64,000 bases of DNA from the human T2T-CHM13v2.0 reference genome, Homo sapiens: NCBI RefSeq assembly GCF_009914755.1, contig NC_060944.1, one strand, 5' to 3'. This document shows positions 12,851 to 31,939 of this stretch, in pieces; within the stretch, counting starts at the first letter, position 1; the number at the start of each line of letters is the position of its first letter. The translations under genes and the position numbers were made by a program. The notes under the pieces were generated by a model. That model was given only the letters and a program-made list of their open reading frames with translations, did no database searches and was not told where the DNA came from.

Positions 12851-15653
12851 AGAGCAAGCACATCTCCATCTCTTCCACCTCAGGCAGTGTGGCTCCAGAT
12901 GTCAGGAGGGACTGACCTCAGGACCTTCCAGGTTCCTCTGTGCCAGGAATGAGAGGCCAGGCCCGATCCTACCACCTCGCCTTGACCCTGAAGTCAGAGC
13001 AGGCCAGCCAAGCAGGAAGCACACTGTTTACTTTTTGCATGAAAAGTAAATGTGTACTTGATAGAGCTAAAATATGATCTTTTTTAATTTCTCAACCCCA
13101 TAATTTGAGCCATTGCCTTGCTTAATTTTGGTTTCCACCATTTCCTTTTAGTGGAGAAGAGAGGAAGTCAGAGGGTAGGGACCTTTGCCTGCCCCTGGGC
13201 GAGTGCGGGCAGGGATCTGAGACCAGATTGTTCTCGCACCCCTGCCAGAACTCACTCTCCCCTGAAGTTTAGGGTCCCATCTCCCAGATGTAAGTTGTTT
13301 TGCAAACTCAGTTTGCCAGGATTTCTTTCTTTCCTAATCTTAAATTCACAGATAAAGCAATGAAAAGAGTCAGATCCCATTTCCGTCTGCCCCCTCGTCA
13401 CCAGGTGTGATAGCCCCAGCCAGGTCACACCTGGCCTCACACTTTGAGCTGAGACTTGAAAACGATGCTGTGGCGGAAGAGCATGTGGGGCTTGGTGGAG
13501 GGGCCCCAGGATTTGTTGGGGGCAAAGGGGGTGGCGGGACCGTTCCCAGGAGGTACCAGCACCTGCCTCGATCTCCTCTGAGCCTCTTCTGCCCCCCGTC
13601 GGCCAGGTGAGGTCAGCAGCCTGGGAGAGTGCCCCCAAGAGATGAGGGCACCCCGTGTTCCTTGGCAATCTTGGCTCACCTTGGTAACAAAAGGCCATAG
13701 AAGTCTGTTTTTCTGGGTCAGTTTTTTTTGCCTGAGAATAACAAATTGCTGCTGTCTACCTTTAGCACACCCAATAATTCTATTTGGGGCAGTGAATGCA
13801 TAGAAGATATAAAAATACGCAGCTTAACTATATCTTCCTGCGTGTGTATTTATTTTCTTCTGGGTCTAGGCCATGGTACAGGAGAACTGTGGCGTGTAGG
13901 AGGAATACTTCAGGATGAGTGAAGGCTGGAGCCAGGGAGCGCTGGAGGAAACCAGCCCTTTAGCCAGCAGCCCCTCCACCACAGGCACTGCTGTGTGGAA
14001 CGAGTTCTTGGAATGAATCCCATGCTTTCTGCAGCCTGTAGTTGTTATGACCCCTCGGAACAACCACCCCGTGGCTTGTGTGGGGTCTCGCAGGGAAAAG
14101 GGCTGGCTTCTAGGTCCCCGAGATAAGTGTGCAGGGGGATGGGCCAGGGCCAGGCTAAGGGTGGCTCAGTTCCATCATCTGGAGGTCAGACACACTGTCC
14201 AGAGGCAGAACTGAAGCCCTCTCGGCCCCTACCCTAAGCCAGCCACCCCTCTTCACAGTGGGTGAGCTGGGCTGGGCTGGCTGGCATGAGGCCAAGGGGT
14301 AGGCCTGAGCGCCAGAGTCGCCCAGGTTAGCCCACAGGATTCCTTTGTGTGCCATGGAATGCTGAAAGATGGGTGACTGGGGACCCTTCTTAAAACCTTT
14401 GGCAAAGGTGCCATCGGCAGGGCTTGGCCTCATGAAGTCTCAGGTCCGTGTTCCCGCAGGGCGCACATGCTTGGAGAGTCCTCAGCAGGGTAGCCGAGGC
14501 CAGGCCACTTCTGCTGAGGATGGGGCAGGCTGGGGTGTGGGTGTGGCCTGGGGTGGCTCAGGGCTGGAACTGCTGCCTGATTCCTGTGTGGGGAGAAGCT
14601 CAGTGGCCGTTTGCTGCCACTGACAAGGATTTCACATGCAGAAGAGAAAAGGCCCCCCTCCACCCCCCGCATTCCCTGCCGAGTGAGAGCCAGTGTTTGC
14701 TGCCCTTGCTGGGGGCGGGTAGGAAACCCTGAGCTTCCTGATGCGGAGTCATGAAGCAGAGTCCTCGGGAAGGCATCTCCACAGCCCCGGGTCCTCTGTC
14801 TAACGCCCTCCATTTCACGCCCTCCATCTCACAGTCAAGATAAAGGCCTCGAGAATAAAGAGCCAGCCCCCTTCCATTTAGTCTCCTGCCGTTTCCCAAA
14901 CAGTTGTCCAACAGTTAGACATTGAGGGGCTTCACTGTTACCAGGCATGTAACAGAAGGAGGAAGACTAACACACACCCCCTGCCCCATCCCATCCCCCT
15001 CTCCCGAGCTATTTTCTTGCTGTGGCCTCTGGTGCCCTTGAGTTGGTCTCCCCGGCTGCTCTGCGGGGGCTTCACTGGCTTCGGAGTGAGCGCGAAGTGC
15101 TGGTGAGCAGTGGGCCTGTGATTGGATGGGAAGATGTGCATCCGTGGTCAAAAGTCAGCTGCCAGCCCTGCGGAACCAGAGCCTCAGGCTGGGATGGGGA
15201 GGCCTCCCTGCTTCCACCTGCATGGTGGGCATGGCCTGGCTTACACCAAAGGCTTTGACGGTTTCTCCAAGTAAGGATCTGCAAATCTTGAATCGTCCTC
15301 AAAATGACGAAGCTTGAATTGTCCTCAAGATGGATGTGAATCTTACATTCCTTTTCATCATTTCCTTTGTAAAAATGACGAGTGCTGGGTTTTTGTTTTA
15401 AGAAGCATTATGAAGGCCAGACTTACTCATTTTTCTCCCCCAAGTGAGCTGCAAGAGGCCCCTGTTAGGCCCCTGTTTCCTGAGCAGTGATGTGCTGCTC
15501 TTCTTGGTGGGGCTTTGGGCTGGGAGGGGAAGGCGGGTCAGAGATGGGGGACCTGTGGCTGCCATGCAGGAGCCCCTGCGTCATCTCGTTGGACTCTTTA
15601 AGGGAGTCAGGAATAGATGTATGAACAGTCGTGTCACTGGATGCCTATTTAGA

Positions 15654-15659
15654 AATAAA
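15654..15659 (+). terminator. Distal polyadenylation signal of SLC9A8
   Basis: AATAAA followed ~25 nt later by gtgtctgtgttcatgtt. Confidence 0.75.
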
Positions 15660-17889
15660 GTGTATGCTGCTGAATTGGAGCCAGTGTCTGTGTTCATGTT
15701 CAGGTGGCTTTGCAGATGCACAGGTCACACCTCCTAGACTGGGCTCTGTGGCACACAGCTACCCAGCCCCTGGGCCGGTGGCAGCCATGTCACCAGGAAG
15801 TACAGTGCTTAGGAGCAGGGCTGGGTCAGGCTGGCCTGCGTCTGGTTCCTACCTTTGGCCCTCAGTGAGGAGCATGTGAAGCTCAGCCCCCAGCCAGGCT
15901 CAGCTTCTCCTCACGATGCTGGGAGCCCTTCCTCCCTGGGTTCGCTGGCTGTTCGCCCAGGCTGCAGGGCCGCCTGACCTCCTGCTCGGGGCTTACAGAT
16001 CAGTCCCCCACAGGCCTTTGCCTGATGGTGAAATGGGGAAATTCTGTCACTGAACCTGCCCTGCCGCAGGAGCGGGGGCATCCATAGCCTCTGATCAGAA
16101 GTGGTGGCATGTGGGGCAAGAAGGGTCGTGAGTTCATCTATACCCCCACGTACTTCCAAAGGCATCCAAGCTGCTGAAGGTAACAGGCACGAACCAAAAA
16201 TGCATGTGATGTAAAATGAAACCAGTCAGGAGAAGCTGTCCTGGCCCCAGCCAGGGGGCAAGAGCTGAGTTTCCTGGTTCCTTCCCACACTGTGCTTCAG
16301 CCCACCCCAGGGGAGACTCCCGAGGCCACAGTGGGCTCCCCGTGGCCCGCTTTTGGTGGAAACCCAGATTCAGAGAAATATTTCTCCACCATAATAAAAA
16401 CTGCAAGTGTGATGACAAGTGGTAGCTGACACTTGGCCTCAGTGTCAGGGAGGCACCACGAGAGTGATAAGGACTCTGGCTAACAGCAGAATTTTCCAGG
16501 CCAGCCCTGCCTGCGAGGGCGGCTGGGAAGTGGAGCTGCGCTGTGCTGAGCAGAGTGTCAGCTGGGACGGAACGGAGTGCTGGCAGCAAAGGTGGGGGGT
16601 GGTCCTGAGTGGGCACCTCGTTCCCACGGAACAGGGTATGTTTCATTTGTATTTCAACCTTCTCAACTCCTAAAAAAAGCTCTCAGGGTAGAGGGGAGCA
16701 ATCGAGGCAAGAAATATTTTCCTTAGAGGCTAGAAAGCTGGCGGGGGGTTGGAGGGTCACGCACAAAGTTGAGGGTCCTGTAACCCCCGCTTATTATTCC
16801 ACAGGGCACTAGGGGAATGAAGCTGGCCTGGAGCGGGGCCCCACTGCCTCTTGGAGGCAACCCCCCCACCCCAAGCAAGGGACAACACAGCCCTCTGGCT
16901 CTAGCCAGAGAAGATGTGAGACATGAAGGGCAGTGGGGGTCAGGGGCCAGGGGCCAGTACAGTCATCTCAAGGCCCTGGGTGACAGTAAGTGCCCCGTAA
17001 ATGAGGGTCCTCTTTGTGAATATTTATGGACCTGCAGGAGAGCAGGCAGGCATCAGCCACACTCCCCCTGCCTGGGGAGGCCGCCTGGCAGACCTGGGGG
17101 GTCTTAGCATCAGTTGGGACCAGTCTGGTGCTGGGGACAGAAGGAACCTCTGCGCATACAGGCAGCTGCCAGCTAATACCCTGATGTAAATGGGGAAGAA
17201 AATAAGTCTTTGCTTACAGAAAAAAAAGGGCACAAAAATGTAGTTGGTTCATTTTGTGGCGAAGATGAGCCATACGCTCCTATCTGCTGGTGGGAGGGCA
17301 GCTGGCTCACACTCTCCAGAGGACACTGTGGTGACAGCTCTCCAAAGCCTGAAAACGGCCCAGCAGTTCCACTCATGGGGCAAAAGGAAAGTGCATGAAA
17401 ACCGCACTCCAAGAATGGTCATCCCGGCAATATCTGAATGAGGATAAATGGAAAACAACTTCCTTGTCCATGAATGAGGGACTGGTGAGATAAATGATGA
17501 TAGAATATTTACCAACAGCTCAAGATTCTAAGGATGTGGAAAAATGTTTAGAATGTTATCAGACCAGCATTTTACCACCTTTAGGGAGAGAGAAACATTT
17601 CACCCTCTCCTTAAATGCTGTTTGAGATTTTAAAATGACTAAAAACGAAAGTAGAAATTTTAGTACATCCTTTTATACAAATACACATACTGGCACTCCA
17701 GCGCGCACCCATTCATCCCTAATATGGAAGACCTGGTGGTTCCTTTCAACCACCACTTCTTCCCCGAGCCCTGTTGTCTTTGCTAAGAGAACCCATGTGG
17801 TTCGTGTAATGGGTGACTGTATGCTTCAAGGGGAAACAGAGCCAGTTCTCGGTTCAGGTTGTTCCTGGTCATTCCCTCTACTTGTCTGA

Positions 17890-18264
<375 letters not shown>

Positions 18265-18319
18265 TGAAGCAATCTTTTGAGGAATTTCTAAAACTTTCCT
18301 TACTCTCAAAAAGACACTC

Positions 18320-18600
18320 AAGGAAGGGACATGTTCTCTTCCCATTGTCTGACCTTTGCCTCCCATTACTTGAGGATGTAATGCCTCCACCTGCTGCAGC
18401 CATTTGGAGACCAGGAGGGAACACCTTGCCACCATGCTGAGGATGGCAGAGCAGAAAGACAGAAGGCTTGTATGTTGTCAAGGACACTGCTGGAGCAGTT
18501 AATTAACCAGTCCTGGAACTGACCTCCCTCTGGATCTCATGACATGGGGCAATACATGTTCTGTATCTGCCGTTTCTGGTTGGGTATTTTGTTACAACAG
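18320..18600. mobile_element. Old MaLR LTR (MLT1J/K-like) fragment
   Basis: gctgcagccattt...atgctgaggatggcagagcagaaaga motif. Confidence 0.5.
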
Positions 18601-18771
18601 AAATAATGCTGTTATAACTTCATGAACTGAGAAAAGCAGATTTCAGAACCATATCAATAGATGTGGCTCTATAAATTAAATTAGCAGTATGTGTATACAG
18701 GAAAAAAATCTTAAAGGATAGACATAGAGTTTTAACTTAACTTTGGTTCTCTCCAAGTGGAAGGATTATAG

Positions 18772-19712
<941 letters not shown>

Positions 19713-20199
19713 TCACAGATTCACAAGAAGTTGCAAAAAAGATAGTACAGAAAGGTCCCATGTACCCTTCCCCCCGTTACCCTCAGTGGTAACATCTTGC
19801 ACAACTACAGAATAGTTTCACAACCAAGAAACTGGCATTGCCACAGTCCACAGATCTTGTTCCAACTTCATTAGTTTTACAGGCACTCGTGTGTGTGTGT
19901 GTTTAGTTCTACGCAATTTTATATCGTGTAGATTCGCATAACCACCATCACAGGGAAGTTGCCTTTTATAGAAGTATTCCAGCTGCCAAACAAAGAAGAA
20001 ATCATTGAATTGGAATATCTCTATTTTGTAACTTCCAGTGAAATAATGGATCTAAGTGGGAAGTAACAGCCTTAATAGCTGCTAATTCCCCAAAGGGAGA
20101 GAACTCGACATAATATGCCTCCTGATGAGAGAATACGCATCAAGTATTCTTACCACAGAGATCAGACCCAAATCCAAGCAAACCCCAACAGCCAGCTAC

Positions 20200-22980
<2,781 letters not shown>

Positions 22981-23344
22981 CGCCTCCTCCTCCTCACATA
23001 GGACCTGAAATATGTTACCAGTGGAGATTCGCATGTCTGAAAACCTGGACCTACTCCCATCCCTTAAGCTCACCCCTGCCTTAAGTGATTTCCTCTCATC
23101 TCTCATTTATGAAGCTGCAGCCTTGAATCATTCCCATAAGAAGTATTTATTTTTCTACTTTTGCACAATATGTGCAAATAAACAGTAGGAAATTGGAGGT
23201 AAACAGAGAGAACAACTACTCCCAGTGCTAAAACAACAAGCAGGCTGAAGTAAACATTTAGGCTCTGGCAAACTCTAAAGGACAAATAATCCAGTTTCCT
23301 CAACAAACACGTCGCAAGAAAAAAGTTAGATGTGAAGGTAATAC

Positions 23345-23693
23345 TGTCTCAGCCTGTTCAGGCTGCAAAATACCACAGACTGGGTAGCTTTTATACAACA
23401 AAAATTTATTTATCTTAGTTCTGGAGGCTGAGAAGTCCAAGATTAAGGCACTGGTAGATTCAGTGTCTGGCAAGGGCCCAATTCCTGGTTCACAGACGGT
23501 CAGCTCGCTGGGTCTTCCTGTGCTGGGAGAACTCCATTCTCTTCAGCCCCTTGTAAGGGCACCCATCCCATTCGTGAAGGCCCCACCCACATGACCTAAT
23601 CAGCTCCCAAAGTGCCCTCCTAATACAAGCACACTGGGGGGATTAGATTTCAACGTTTGTTTTTTCTTGGGGGGACATATGCAGTCCGTAGCA
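23345..23693 (-). mobile_element. MaLR solo LTR (MLT1A-like)
   Basis: TG...CA termini; ttctggaggctgagaagtccaagat core; ends agtccgtagca. Confidence 0.75.
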
Positions 23694-23899
23694 GGTATCA
23701 TGTTTTAAAAGCCCTCGTCTCTTAGATAAACACTGAAAAATTCACAAATGAGACAGACATCTAGAATTTGCTTCAGAAGAGTTCAGGAGTAGGAAAGTGG
23801 ATGGCAAGGGTAGAGACAAAACCAGATTGGCCACAAGTTGGTAACTAACTGTTCAATTGCTGAAGCTGGGATTCATTATACTAGTATCACTTTTTTGCT

Positions 23900-26650
<2,751 letters not shown>

Positions 26651-26847
26651 TTAAAAAAATAAAAAGTGCCAGGCTCGCAGTATAGCACTCAAATGCTATT
26701 TGTCAGTTTCATGGAAGAGAAAATTTAAGTCTTGTCATTAAAAAACTAAATACAGCTTAAGGAAAAATAAACTCCCAAGTAACCAAACTTCAAAGCAGGG
26801 CCAGGGGACATAAAACCCCAAACACTTCATTTAACAATGGAAGACAC

Positions 26848-26853
26848 TTTATT
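26848..26853 (-). terminator. Distal polyadenylation signal of SPATA2
   Basis: TTTATT on + strand; GT-rich sequence follows on the - strand (gtgtttggggtttt). Confidence 0.75.
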
Positions 26854-27339
26854 ATTATTATTTTTAATCATCTCTCAACATTTCAACTCTTGGTAGAAAT
26901 CAAATGTAAAACATCTGCATTTTTAAATTAGCATGTATTTAACTATCTCAATCACAGCAACCTCATCCAGTAAGATGCACACCTGGGAGCAGGGCTGTAG
27001 TATTTCGTATTCCAGTCTGTGACCACAGTGCGTCCGTGATGACAGGTACACTGGACTTTCCCTCCTAGGATGTGTTAGTCATTCCTGCTTTTGTCCATAG
27101 GGTAAGTTACGTGGCATCACGGTTGGTTAGAAAGAGTTAGTTACTGTAATGCTGGCGCAATCTGGAAATGGAAAACTAGAAAACTAGAGCTCTCAGGAGT
27201 GGGCCAGGCATTGCCGATTCTGAAATGTGAAAAGGAAGAACATCAAAGATGAATGCCCTGCTAGGCTGGTCTTAGTAATAAAGTTGGTTGAAATTCAGCT
27301 TAATATACACACTGTACATCTACATGTGATCTACCAGAT

Positions 27340-27341
<2 letters not shown>

Positions 27342-27401
<60 letters not shown>
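27342..27401. repeat. (AT)~30 microsatellite in the SPATA2 3'UTR
   Basis: Pure alternating AT run of ~60 bp. Confidence 0.97.
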
Positions 27402-27407
<6 letters not shown>

Positions 27408-29067
27408 GAGAGCCATAGAAGATTTGGAAAACCTTAAAATCACTCAACTGAGTTGGAAGAACATCAGCAAATTCACAGTGGCCTCAGGATTCAGCCAGAC
27501 TTAAACTTGCTCAAGAGCTGAATAACTTTCTCCCAGAAAAGCCCACTGCATATAAATCCCTTAACATTGTGTACATCACAAACAGTTATGGCTAAAATAT
27601 AGTTAGTTCACAAGGAAGCGGCTTTATTTTCAAACTCTTGCCCCACTCCTGCTCTTGTACCCCCACAAGGAAAATCCAGGGGTTGGTAATTCACATGAGA
27701 AGCTGAAGGGGCCTTCAGGCTTGGAAGCGCTTAGGCTTAGCTGAGCATCTGAGGAGCCGTCTCTCTGATGGGCACATGCCGACTCCTGCCCACTTTTAGT
27801 GCAAAAAGATTGCAAATGTTGCAGATGAGTCCTGGAAACTGGTGAAGAGAAGAGGATTGAGATGGAGGGGCAGTAGGAATCCCAAATGATTTTCCTTCTG
27901 AAACGAGACTCAAGAAGTGTGAAGTGCAAGGTTCCTGCTCAGCAAGCTATAGGTCCGACAGGTGAGGTCCCTGAATTGTCATAGGTTAGCAGTCTGCAGA
28001 CACACAGACCTCGACACCCGCGCTCACCCCCTAAGTGCACACTGGAGGTAGGTGTATAGATAGTTACTGCAGGGAAGACAGTGGCTCTCCACCAGCTCAA
28101 GAAAAGGAGGCTTCATGTCTGTTCCTCCCTGCCCCAAACTCTCCTCTCCCCTCGGGCCATAGTGAGTGGAGGATACAACACGAATGGGCGCGAGGCCCTC
28201 CCTTGGAAGACTAAAGAACCCAGGGCATTTAATAAATAGCTACATAATTCATTTTTTTAACCACGTTGAAACACACAGCAAGTTGAATATTTATTTAAAA
28301 ATAAATCTCAAAAATATCTATTGACAGTACAGTAAGAGGGGCATGTGCAAACAACAGAAAGGGGGAAGTCAGTCCTGCTGTGGGAAGCCCACACATCAGT
28401 GTGTTGGAGCAAAGTTCACGAAGGCCATGGGCTGACTGAGCTGTGGTGTACGAAATGACATTCAGCTAATACTGGACTCGGTTCACCTTTGACACCTGGA
28501 GAGGTGGGGAAGCCAGGGGGTGGGGAGTCCAGCTGGGGATCCTTGTGTTTAGGAAGGGGGCGGCCAAGGGATGAGCCTTTGGGAGAGGCCCCGTGTGGCA
28601 GGAGGGCTCATTTCACAAGCCAACAGGCCTCTAGCTCGCCGCTCCAGGTGGATGTTTGGTGACCTGAAGGGCCCTTCCCAGTCCAAGTTGGCTTTGCAAT
28701 GGGAGGGGTAGGTGCAGCGAGGGTCCCAGAGACAGAAATCCTCTTTAAAGGAAAAAACAAAACAACAAAACAAAACAAAACAAAACCCCAAAAAAAGAAC
28801 CAACTGAACAGGGAGTGGAGAGATTAGCAAAATGAATCTGAACGGAAGTGCCACCTTCTCCCTTGTCAGACAACAAAGCAGCCATTGGTTGAGATATCTG
28901 AGTCGCTAAGTGAACTCCCACGTGGACACAGCCAGCCCACGATCTCTGCCACCTACATGGTCAAGTGCAGGCCTCCGCCTCTGAGATCAATGCGTTAGTA
29001 CTTCTTCACCGTGAAACCCGAAAGGTCGGTTGATGTAGCCCTTGGAGCTGGAAGGGGCGAGGCCGGT

Positions 29068-30294
29068 CTATCTGTACACGAGATGGGAGAGCTGGGTGGA
29101 CTTGTAGTTCAGCTGGTTGTTGGGCATGAACTTGTGCAGCTCACTCTTTTTGTAGCAGGGGTCATAATGGTAAGCGCTGAGGCAGGCGTCACATGAGACT
29201 TTTGAACACTGGGTGCAGGTGTTGGTGGCGCCTGGGCGGTTGCAGAAGCCACAGCGGGAAGTGGGCGTGGTGGAGGGCTTGGATTTGGAGTGAAGGTGCG
29301 GGAGGCGGTCGAGGCCCTGAGTCTGGCCTGGGTACTTCTCCCGCAGAGATGCCCCGTGGGCCAGGCTGTCATGAGTCGAGGCCTTGCTGGGGAAGGCGCT
29401 GGGCTTGGAAGCTGGAGGACAGGTGAGCAGGCTGTCACAGCGCTGGCAGAGGGAGGAGCTGCAGGACAGCCCGCAGCTTTGGCACTTGGAGAGGGCGGAC
29501 TCTTTGGCAGGGGGCGAGCGCTTGTGGTAGAGGGAGTGGGCATCGTTTCTGAGCAGCCACACATCCGGCCGCAGAGCATCCTGCCGACGGTAGGTGGCCC
29601 TGGGTTCAGAGTCTGTGTACAGATCCACGTCATCCTGAGTGGAGAAGTAGGTACCGCGCAGCAGGGCCGGGCCGTTGCTGGGGGAGGCGGGTGGAAGCAC
29701 ATCCGGGCTGCCGTGGGGGGAGCTGGCCATGGTCAGCAGCGAAGGGGATGGGCGGATGATCTCATCCTTGAGGTCGTCCCCCACATCCGTTGCCACAGGC
29801 TCCTTCCGAAGACTCAATGAGGCCTTCAGGGGTGGCTTCCGGCTCTCCCAGTAGCTGTCATAGGCATCCACTGACCTCGAGGGCTTGGTCACGCGGGGCT
29901 TGTAGTAGTCCTTGGCCGCCCGCTCGCTGGCCGACTTCTGGAGTGCCACTCGTGACATGGAGGCCGTCAGGTGCTCCCGGCCCTCTGCCCGCCGCCGCAG
30001 GGCGTCCGAGCAGCCGCGCACATCCTCTGCACTGCTCTTGCGCTCGCTCACAATGTCCAGCTCGGAGTAGCCCTTGTCCTTCACTTGTGAGTGGATTTCT
30101 AGCATCTGCTCACACTCGACTTTGGCCAGAAAGAGCTCAAAGGAGACCATCTTCACCTGGAGGGTCTCCACGAGCTCTCTGAGCTTGTATGCAGTGCCCA
30201 GCTCAGGTGTGTAGCCCATGCAGCTCAGGATGGCTCGGATGTCCTCTTCCAGTAATGTCGACTTGACATAATAAACAAAAGGGCCCGTGTAGGT
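29068..30294 (-). CDS. SPATA2: SPATA2 exon 3 coding part (aa 113-520: end of PUB domain, [12 protein letters not shown]-terminal Cys-rich zinc fingers)
   Basis: Minus-strand acceptor ttctag|ACC TAC ACG GGC; 1227 nt = 408 codons plus stop; contains the 383 aa ORF of the track; total with exon 2 is 520 aa. Confidence 0.97.
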
Positions 30295-30514
30295 CTAGAA
30301 GGGAGGGAGTAGAAAAGAAAGGTGGGGTTTTCTGTCAGAGACACAAGACAGAGACTATGTCAAAGCAAAGGATGTCCAGCTCTGAAGTGGGGCGGCGGGG
30401 AGAGGGCAGGGCAGGGAAGGATCTCGACAGCCTCACCCTGCGGGAGGCAGAAGACGCAGGAGCTGGGGCTTGCTAAGCACTCAGGAATTGTGCAAGGAAA
30501 TGACCCAGCAGCTC

Positions 30515-30805
30515 CTTTCTTTTGTTTGAGACGGAGTCTCGCTCTTTTGCCCAGGGTGGAGTGCGGTGGTGCGATCTTGGCTCACTGCAACCTCCGCCTC
30601 CTGGGTTCAAGCGATTCTCCTGCCTCAGCCTCCTGAATAGCTGGGATTACAGGCGCCCGCCAACACGCCCAGCTAATTTTTCTGTTTTTAGTAGAGACGG
30701 GGTTTCACCGTGCTGGTCAAGCTGGTCTCAAACTCCTGACCTCGTGATCCACCCGCCTCGGCCTCCCAATGTGCTGGGATTACAGGTGTGAGCCACCGCG
30801 CCTGG
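30515..30805 (-). mobile_element. Alu in SPATA2 intron 2
   Basis: Alu consensus, TSD cagcagct. Confidence 0.92.
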
Positions 30806-30989
30806 CAGCAGCTACTTTGTTAAACACAGGAAGCAAAACCTCTCGCTTCCTAGTGGGGCACGAAGACTCTACTCCATATGAAGAGAGAGCCTGGGCAAAC
30901 ATGGCTGAATAAAGGGGCCAGATTACAGGCAGAACGCGGTGACAATCAGAACGTTCCTCTCTGGTATTTCCATGAGGGGCTGAGTAACA

Positions 30990-31111
30990 CGGCAGACTGA
31001 AGGGCCTGGCTAGGTGACAGCTCTCCTGTGCCATCCCCTCTCTTGATTACCACTCCTCCCATGGCAGAATGAAGAAGCCTGGCTAGGTGACAGCTCTCCT
31101 GTGCCATCCCC
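30990..31111. repeat. Two-copy direct repeat in SPATA2 intron 2
   Basis: Identical 35-mer gcctggctaggtgacagctctcctgtgccatcccc at 31004-31038 and 31077-31111. Confidence 0.92.
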
Positions 31112-31603
31112 CGCGTGGTCTGATTCAGGATCCCTCTCTCAATTCCCCCTCCTCCTCTACTGTTCCCACTTAGTACAGAACACCCCTCAGCTTGCTGGGA
31201 CCGCTGAGAAGCTTCCTAACTGCTCTCCCCATCCCTCCCACCTCCCCCCACCCCTCTACAGCCTACTTCCCATACCACAGCCAGAATGACCCTCTTCAGA
31301 TGCAAGCCAGATCCCACACTGCCTCCTTCCCCGCCTACTCAGAACAAATCCAAGCCTTGCCCTGGGCCACAAGACCCTGCATAACCTGGCTGCCCCTGCC
31401 TTCCCAGCTTCTCTGCTTAAGGTGTGGCAGCCGGGCCAGAAACGGTTCAGAGGTGATGCTGGAGAGACGGGGAAGGTTCGGAGCCCGGAAGGATCTGAGA
31501 GCACAGGATGGATGGGATCAGACTGGCATAGCCTCTCAGGAGGGACTGCCAGGGGCAGGAAGAGAGAAGGAGGGCCTGTATGGAGGCTGCTCCAGGACCT
31601 CAC

Positions 31604-31939
31604 CTTGATGCTTCTGAATTCCTTCTTCCACGGGTAGAGGAAGAGGTTGATGCCCACCGTCTCCAGCATGCTGAAGGCGCCGTGCAGAGCCCGCAGGCTA
31701 GAGGAGCTGAGCGAGCGCAAGGAGCTCTCCACCACCTCATAGAACTGGATCAGCCGGAATCGATAAAAGGGATCCACCTTGTGCAGGCTGAGCAGGGTTG
31801 AGGCTGCCACCCGCAGGCACTCATCGCTGCCAGGCCGCTGCCTGCTGGTGGTGGTATCCACTTTGCTCTCATGGAACTGCACGTACTTCCGAAATAAGTC
31901 ATCCTTGAATTTAGTATCCATTGAACTGGGCTTCCCCAT
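31604..31939 (-). CDS. SPATA2: SPATA2 exon 2 coding part (aa 1-112, N-terminal PUB domain)
   Basis: ATG at 31939, [19 protein letters not shown]...[10 protein letters not shown]|gtgagg; exon acceptor ccttccag| at 32042/32041. Confidence 0.97.

Larger units (their letters stand above)
11374..15680 (+). other. SLC9A8: SLC9A8 3'UTR (~4.3 kb, Alu-free)
   Basis: Runs from the stop codon to AATAAA 15654-15659, followed by a GT-rich downstream element; the end is approximate. Confidence 0.75.
26830..29067 (-). other. SPATA2: SPATA2 3'UTR (~2.2 kb)
   Basis: Alu-free stretch after the stop; minus-strand AATAAA at 26848-26853, with additional ones at 27623-27628 and 28290-28295. Confidence 0.75.

Noticed and set aside
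29109-29702. 197 aa alternative-frame ORF inside SPATA2 exon 3
   Set aside because: Expected by chance in GC-rich coding DNA, and far from the cap; would need Ribo-seq or MS evidence
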